Assembly: GCA_963667035.1 (NCBI GenBank)
Contig: OY762964.1
Location: 2,912,001-2,976,000 of the forward strand
Source: Candidatus Cloacimonadales bacterium
GTDB taxonomy: Bacteria > Cloacimonadota > Cloacimonadia > Cloacimonadales > JAFGVF01
DNA: 64,000 bases
Direction of reading: 5' to 3'
Shown: in pieces, positions 58,649 through 64,000 of the stretch
Layout of the letters: the number at the start of each line of letters is the position of its first letter
How positions within the stretch are numbered: the first letter of the stretch is position 1
Notes under the pieces: model-generated
Told to the model about the DNA's origin: nothing
The model's input: the letters and a program-made list of their open reading frames with translations, nothing else
Databases searched by the model: none
Translations under genes and position numbers: made by a program

Positions 58649-59605
58649 ATGAAAAAGATAATAATAATAGCAATGATTAGTCTGCTTATAAGCAGTCTTT
58701 TAGCCGATAAATATGCAGGAGAAATATTCAGACTTCGTGCTGGTGTAAGAAATTATGCTTTAGGCAACACAGGTGTTACTGATAAAAACTCTACAGCTTT
58801 AGCTGTTCGTAATCCCGCATTAATCCCTTACAATTCAAACAATTCTTTCGAATTCATGCATGCCGAAGAATATGATGGCATGCTCAAGTATGACACTTTC
58901 AGTTTTAATGGGAATGGAAATCTCCCATTTTCAGCTGTAGTAACAAGAATAGGCATTAATGATATTCCTATTACAAAACTTGAGAACGAAGATGAAGATG
59001 TTTCTGCTTCTAATAAACCCTTTGTTGATAGATACGTTAACAACAGCGATTACATTCTCTATTTCGGGTATGGAAGAGTTGTTAATGAAAAGCTCTCAAT
59101 TGGGGTAACACCTAAAATTGCATATAGAGATTTAGCCGGTGAAACAGGATACGGTTTTGGTCTTGATTTAGGGTTACTATATCAGTTTAACAAAAACTTG
59201 TTCGGTGGTTTAAAGATTAATGATGCGTTTACTACGCAGATAATTTGGGCTGATGCGGATAATGAGCTGGTGGTACCTTCAGTAGATTTGGAATTCAGTT
59301 ATGAGAATGTTTTTAATAGGAAAGGGCTTTATGGAGTCAAGCTTATTGGAATGTCTGAGATTATTACTGATTTCCCTGAGGATGATATAACTGCACAAAT
59401 TGGAGATTTAGGTCTTGATTTTCATGCAGGTATAGAATATGCTCCGATAGAGAATCTGCAAGTTCTTATGGGATATGATGTCGACAATATTACTGCCGGT
59501 CTAGGATTTCAACTCAATAATTATATGTTAACTTATGCTTATGAACATGAACTAGAGGAAGATTTAGATAACTCGCATAGAATCTCAGCCGGAGTTAGAT
59601 TCTAG
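58649..59605 (+). CDS. PorV/PorQ-like outer-membrane barrel
   Basis: Signal peptide; GVRNYALG, NPA, GFGLDLG and SHRISAGVRF. Confidence 0.75.
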   Translation: MKKIIIIAMISLLISSLLADKYAGEIFRLRAGVRNYALGNTGVTDKNSTALAVRNPALIPYNSNNSFEFMHAEEYDGMLKYDTFSFNGNGNLPFSAVVTRIGINDIPITKLENEDEDVSASNKPFVDRYVNNSDYILYFGYGRVVNEKLSIGVTPKIAYRDLAGETGYGFGLDLGLLYQFNKNLFGGLKINDAFTTQIIWADADNELVVPSVDLEFSYENVFNRKGLYGVKLIGMSEIITDFPEDDITAQIGDLGLDFHAGIEYAPIENLQVLMGYDVDNITAGLGFQLNNYMLTYAYEHELEEDLDNSHRISAGVRF

Positions 59606-60759
59606 TGTCATCCAGAATTAGAATTGCTATTGCGGGAGTAACAGGATCTATTGGCTCATCAACAATAAAGATTATTCGTCAGCATAGTGATAGATTTGAA
59701 ATTGTGCTAGCTTCTGCTCATAGCAATAAAGAGAAACTGATTGAACTAGCAAATGAGTTTAACATAAATAACTTAGTTCTCACCGGTGGTTCTAAAACTG
59801 TCGGTGAGAATAGAAACTTCAACTTATATTTTGGCTCGGAGGAGTTGTATAAATTAATAGTTGATTTAGATTATGACATCTTCTTAAATGCTATGCCCGG
59901 ATCAAGTGGATTAATGACATCATTTCATGTTTTAAAATCAGGACATAAGCTAGCATTAGCTAATAAAGAATCACTCGTACTTGCAGGTCATATCCTGACA
60001 GAAATGGCAAAAGCCAATAATCATATCATTTTACCGATTGATAGTGAACATAGTGCAATCTTTCAGGCTATTGGTTCTCATAAAAATAGTGAGATTAGAA
60101 AACTGCATATTACTGCTTCCGGAGGTGCTTTCAGGGATTTACCCTTAAATAAGTTTAAGGATATCAAGTATGAAGATGCTATAACCCATCCTGTATGGAA
60201 CATGGGAGTTAAAGTCACTATTGATTCTGCAACAATGATGAATAAGGGACTGGAATGTATTGAGGCAAGATGGCTTTTCGATATTGATTACAACAGAATA
60301 GAACCTGTAATTCATCCTCAATCAATTATTCATTCCATGGTGGAGTTCAGAGATGGGTCTATTATTGCACAGATGAGCAATCCTTCTATGGAACTACCAA
60401 TACTATATGCTTTTAGCTATCCTGAAAGAATTGAATCCTCAAATGTAAAAACTAATATTCTGAATCTACCCGATTTATCATTCAGGGAAGTGGACTTCTT
60501 GCGATATCCTCTTCTAAAATTGGCTTTGAAGGTTGCCAGAAAAGGTGGAGTACTTCCTACGGTAATGAATGCTGCCAATGAAGCTGCCTTACAGCTATTT
60601 GAAGAGAGATTGATAAGATTTGTAGATATCTATAAAGTAGTCGATATGGTTGTTCAAAGAGTTGGAAATGTACTATCTCCGGATATAGAGACAATTCTTG
60701 AATACAACATAAGAGCTTATAAATTAGCCTTGGAGATTGGAAAACAGTTTAGATTATGA
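59605..60759 (+). CDS. dxr: 1-deoxy-D-xylulose 5-phosphate reductoisomerase
   Basis: G.TGSIG, LALANKESLV, PIDSEHSA, TASGGAFR, HP.W.MG.KVTIDSAT and NAANE. Confidence 0.96.
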   Translation: MSSRIRIAIAGVTGSIGSSTIKIIRQHSDRFEIVLASAHSNKEKLIELANEFNINNLVLTGGSKTVGENRNFNLYFGSEELYKLIVDLDYDIFLNAMPGSSGLMTSFHVLKSGHKLALANKESLVLAGHILTEMAKANNHIILPIDSEHSAIFQAIGSHKNSEIRKLHITASGGAFRDLPLNKFKDIKYEDAITHPVWNMGVKVTIDSATMMNKGLECIEARWLFDIDYNRIEPVIHPQSIIHSMVEFRDGSIIAQMSNPSMELPILYAFSYPERIESSNVKTNILNLPDLSFREVDFLRYPLLKLALKVARKGGVLPTVMNAANEAALQLFEERLIRFVDIYKVVDMVVQRVGNVLSPDIETILEYNIRAYKLALEIGKQFRL

Positions 60760-60789
60760 TTCACGGTAAATTTAGTTAAGGAGGATAGT

Positions 60790-61608
60790 GTGATAAGTGA
60801 TAAAATGATTCGGGAAGCAAATAGAATAGCTTGGAATGAAGTCATGCCATATCATAGAAAAGCTAAAGATTCCGAATGGGATAACAGTTTCTCCGATCCT
60901 CAATATGTTTATCAGAATGATATTGAACTAAGTGAGTTGAATCGCCTTGGTTTTATAGGGAAAGACATTGTTCATCTATGTTGTAACAATGGGATAGAAC
61001 TTCTTTCTCTAAAACGTCTTGGAGCAGGTAGATGTGTCGGATTTGATATTTCTGATGAAGCTATAAAAGATGCCAAGAAACGTGCCAAAAGATTCATGAT
61101 TCCTGTAGAATTTTATCAGTCTGACGTGTTTGAAATTGCTGAGGACTTTGATTGTAGTTTCGATATTGTTTATATAACTATTGGAGCTCTTGTGTGGTTA
61201 CCTGATTTAGAGGAGTTTTTTGCCATTGCTAATCGCTTGTTAAGATCCAATGGGAAGCTTTTTATCTATGATTCACATCCTTTCTCGGAAGTTCTACCAT
61301 TCAATGTAAATTCAGATTGCATACATCCTGAAATTTGCAACGATTATTTTGTTGAAGGATACGCGATGTACAATGATGGGATAGATTACTATGGAGGCGT
61401 AGATTATAAGGGGGAGGATAATTTTCAGTTTGTTCATACTCTTAGTAACATAATAAATGCAATTCTATCTAATGGCTTCTTTCTAAGAAGATTTATGGAA
61501 TATGATAATGATATCTCCAATGGTCTTGAGTGGGCAGAAAAACTTGATTTGAAAATACCATTATCTTATATTCTCATAGCAGAAAAAATGGAATGTGTGG
61601 AAGCATAG
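60790..61608 (+). CDS. Class I SAM-dependent methyltransferase
   Basis: VHLCCNNG, GFDIS, FDIVY...GAL.WLPDL and LL..NG.L.I.D.HP. Confidence 0.85.
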   Translation: MISDKMIREANRIAWNEVMPYHRKAKDSEWDNSFSDPQYVYQNDIELSELNRLGFIGKDIVHLCCNNGIELLSLKRLGAGRCVGFDISDEAIKDAKKRAKRFMIPVEFYQSDVFEIAEDFDCSFDIVYITIGALVWLPDLEEFFAIANRLLRSNGKLFIYDSHPFSEVLPFNVNSDCIHPEICNDYFVEGYAMYNDGIDYYGGVDYKGEDNFQFVHTLSNIINAILSNGFFLRRFMEYDNDISNGLEWAEKLDLKIPLSYILIAEKMECVEA

Positions 61609-61673
61609 TTAAAACTTAAGCAGATTAACAGATGCGTGTAAAATAATTTGACTTGACGTTGTCTGAATAATTA

Positions 61674-62171
61674 ATGGAATATATTATGATAAATAATGTA
61701 AAGATTTTTGATTCCAGTCTTGTTTTTGCAGGAGTCGAAGTACAAGATAAAGAAACGTGTCTCAAAAAGATGGTAGAATTGCTTTATGAAAGGGGAGTCC
61801 TGAATAATAAGCAATCTTTTCTGAAGACAGTAATGGAAAGAGAAGCGATTATGAGCACAGGCATAGGTCGTGCAGTCGCATTACCCCATGGAAGGAGTGA
61901 ACTGGTCTCAACTGTTAGGTCCGTAGTGTTTTTATTGAATAAGGGTATAGACTTTCAGGCTGTTGATGATGAACCTGTTAGATTAGTAGTTCTTACAGCC
62001 TCTCCTAAACAAGAGAGTCATATTTACATGTTAATGCTTAAGCATTTAACAGAATACTTGAGACAAGCTTCAAACAGAGATGAACTGTTTGGAGTTAAAG
62101 ATAGTAATTATTTACTAAAGATTTTAAGAGGAATAGAAAATGAAGTTAATAAAGAGCTTAATAATAGGTAG
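61674..62171 (+). CDS. PTS IIA component (fructose/Ntr type)
   Basis: RE..MSTGIG..VALPHG motif; IDF.A.D.EPV. Confidence 0.88.
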   Translation: MEYIMINNVKIFDSSLVFAGVEVQDKETCLKKMVELLYERGVLNNKQSFLKTVMEREAIMSTGIGRAVALPHGRSELVSTVRSVVFLLNKGIDFQAVDDEPVRLVVLTASPKQESHIYMLMLKHLTEYLRQASNRDELFGVKDSNYLLKILRGIENEVNKELNNR

Positions 62172-63072
62172 TCTTTTACTGCTTATCTTCTCACTAAATG
62201 CAATTGATGATAATGCCGGGACTAACGGTTTTAACTTCCTTAAAATTAACTATTCAGCAAAAGCTGCTGCTCTCGGAGGAGCATATACTGCAATGAGTGG
62301 AGAGATTGATGCTTTTCATTATAATCCTGCCACTCTGAAGGAATTAGATGGACGTTATGTCAGTTCTTCGTATATAAGTTATTTTGAAGGCTATAACGGG
62401 GGCTCTATAATATATGGAAAGCCTCTTGAAAATACTACTTTTGCCATATTCGGGGAATATATAAACAGTGGGGACATAGACAAGTATGATTCTGATGGAA
62501 TTAGTGAAGGCAAGTTTAATGGATCGGATCTACTGTTTGGAGCATCCTTATCTAAAGTCATCCACCCAATGTTAACTTTTGGCGTTAATGCAAAATATCT
62601 TATGGAAACGATTGATGATAATAGTGCTACGGCCATTGCTTTTGATCTTGGGATAATACACCAACCGGAGAATAAGAAAATGAAGGTAGGTTTAGCTATA
62701 AGAAATATTGGCTACCAAATCATTCATTTCTCTGACTCAGATTACGAAGAAAAATTCCCTTTAACGTATGCAGCAGGATTAAGATACTTGTTTGATGAAA
62801 AGACGGTTGCTAATATAGAAATTGATAAAGCTTATGGTCAAGAGATTGGGGGAGCAGTAGGCTTCGAATCAATGATACATCCCATGTTTGCACTTAGGGC
62901 TGGATATAAGCTTGATGCAGATGATTGGAGAACAGGATCTGATACTGATTTCTTAGCCGGAACATCTTTCGGATTTGGTTTCTTCTGGAATCAGTTTGTA
63001 TTGGATTATGCCGTATCAGGATATGGTGACTTAGGATATGTCAATCAGGTTTCTTTGAAGCTTGCTTTTTAA
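62140..63072 (+). CDS. PorV/PorQ-like (UPF0164) outer-membrane barrel
   Basis: FLKI..SAKAAALGGAYTA...YNPA, AFDLG, LRAGY, GFG and DYA...GDLG...QVSL..F. Confidence 0.82.
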   Translation: MKLIKSLIIGSLLLLIFSLNAIDDNAGTNGFNFLKINYSAKAAALGGAYTAMSGEIDAFHYNPATLKELDGRYVSSSYISYFEGYNGGSIIYGKPLENTTFAIFGEYINSGDIDKYDSDGISEGKFNGSDLLFGASLSKVIHPMLTFGVNAKYLMETIDDNSATAIAFDLGIIHQPENKKMKVGLAIRNIGYQIIHFSDSDYEEKFPLTYAAGLRYLFDEKTVANIEIDKAYGQEIGGAVGFESMIHPMFALRAGYKLDADDWRTGSDTDFLAGTSFGFGFFWNQFVLDYAVSGYGDLGYVNQVSLKLAF

Positions 63073-63098
63073 ATAAATAATAAACGGAGATAACATCG

Positions 63099-64000
63099 TT
63101 GGAGAAACATACATTTCTATTTGAAGTAGGTATCGAAGAGATACCTGCTTCTTATATTAAACCGGCTATCACAAAACTATCAGATTATATTTCATCCAAA
63201 CTCAAAGAGTTTAATCTAACTTTTGACCGAGTAACACCATTCTCAACTCCTAGACGGCTAGCAATTATTGTTAACGAATTGCAGACGATACAAAAGGACA
63301 AGACTATTGAGAAAACAGGCCCGGCAATTAGAGTTGCTTTTGATGAAAATAAGAAGCTGACTAAAGCAGGACAAGGATTCCTAAGAGGTGCCGGAGCTAC
63401 TGAGGAAGACTTATTCATTAAAGAAACTCCTAAAGGTGATTATATTGCTGTCAGAATTGAAGTAAAAGGTAAATCAACTGAGGAAATCCTAATTACTCTA
63501 CTTCCGGAGGCTGTAAAACAGATTACCTTTCCTAAAACAATGAGATGGGGCAATCACAGTATGAACTTCGCTCGTCCTGTACGTTGGATAATTGCTATGA
63601 TGGATGAAAGAGTTATTCCGGTAAAAGTTGAGCATTTGGAAGCAAGTGACAAAACCTATGGTAATAGGTTTGTCGATGTTTCATACGAGCTTACAATCCC
63701 GGATGCTGAATTATATGAGCAAGTGACTCAAGCGGGATTTGTGATTGCAAATAGTGATAAGCGTAAAGAAATGATAGTAGAAAAGGTTGTAGAACTTTTA
63801 AGCGATACAGGTTTAACAATGATACCTGATGAGAGATTACTTGATACTGTCTGTAATCTAGTTGAGTATCCAACTCCTGTTCTTGCTGAGTTTCCTGTTA
63901 ACTATTTAAGTCTTCCGGATAAAATTATAACTTCTACTATAAGCCAAAACCAAAAATACTTCTCTTTAAAAGATACTAACGGTAACCTTTCCAATAAATT
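63099..64000 (+). CDS. glyS: Glycine--tRNA ligase beta subunit, truncated by the window end
   Basis: TTG start after GGAG; FLFEVGIEEIP, TPRRLA, FPKTMRWG, FARPVRWI and LVEYP. Not in the ORF track. Confidence 0.93.
   Translation, partial: MEKHTFLFEVGIEEIPASYIKPAITKLSDYISSKLKEFNLTFDRVTPFSTPRRLAIIVNELQTIQKDKTIEKTGPAIRVAFDENKKLTKAGQGFLRGAGATEEDLFIKETPKGDYIAVRIEVKGKSTEEILITLLPEAVKQITFPKTMRWGNHSMNFARPVRWIIAMMDERVIPVKVEHLEASDKTYGNRFVDVSYELTIPDAELYEQVTQAGFVIANSDKRKEMIVEKVVELLSDTGLTMIPDERLLDTVCNLVEYPTPVLAEFPVNYLSLPDKIITSTISQNQKYFSLKDTNGNLSNK

Noticed and set aside
1566..63873. Numerous 60-130 aa ORFs antisense to or nested within long genes (e.g. 3128, 6914, 20145, 33313, 36186, 48399, 63185)
   Set aside because: Shadow frames of well-supported genes, with no independent motifs.

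Overview
Low-GC bacterial chromosomal window. The many secreted proteins ending in FlgD-Ig/'Por secretion tail'-like domains and three PorV-like barrels suggest an FCB-group organism such as Cloacimonadota (inference). Housekeeping genes: mfd, recA/recX, greA, leuS, a UvrD/PcrA helicase, dxr and partial glyS. There are secreted proteases (M6, S8 and a catalytically degenerate M6-like protein) and a candidate nucleic-acid scavenging operon (helix-hairpin-helix outer-membrane protein, FadL-like barrel, 5'-nucleotidase, then guanine deaminase). The most unusual region is 37.2-46.2 kb. A type I restriction-modification operon (hsdM-hsdS-hsdR) has a REP-associated HUH/Y1 transposase (RAYT) between hsdS and hsdR. 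GC-rich multi-hairpin REP modules sit at both RAYT boundaries, upstream of hsdM (inverted) and in frame inside hsdM. Upstream, a 201-bp duplication brackets an IS481-like element with a 15-bp target duplication. A ~105-bp four-block relic of that IS lies at 864-968, next to the same 97-bp 11-mer repeat and at identical spacing, which suggests repeat-directed insertion. No rRNA, tRNA or CRISPR array was recognised. All alignments were done by eye.
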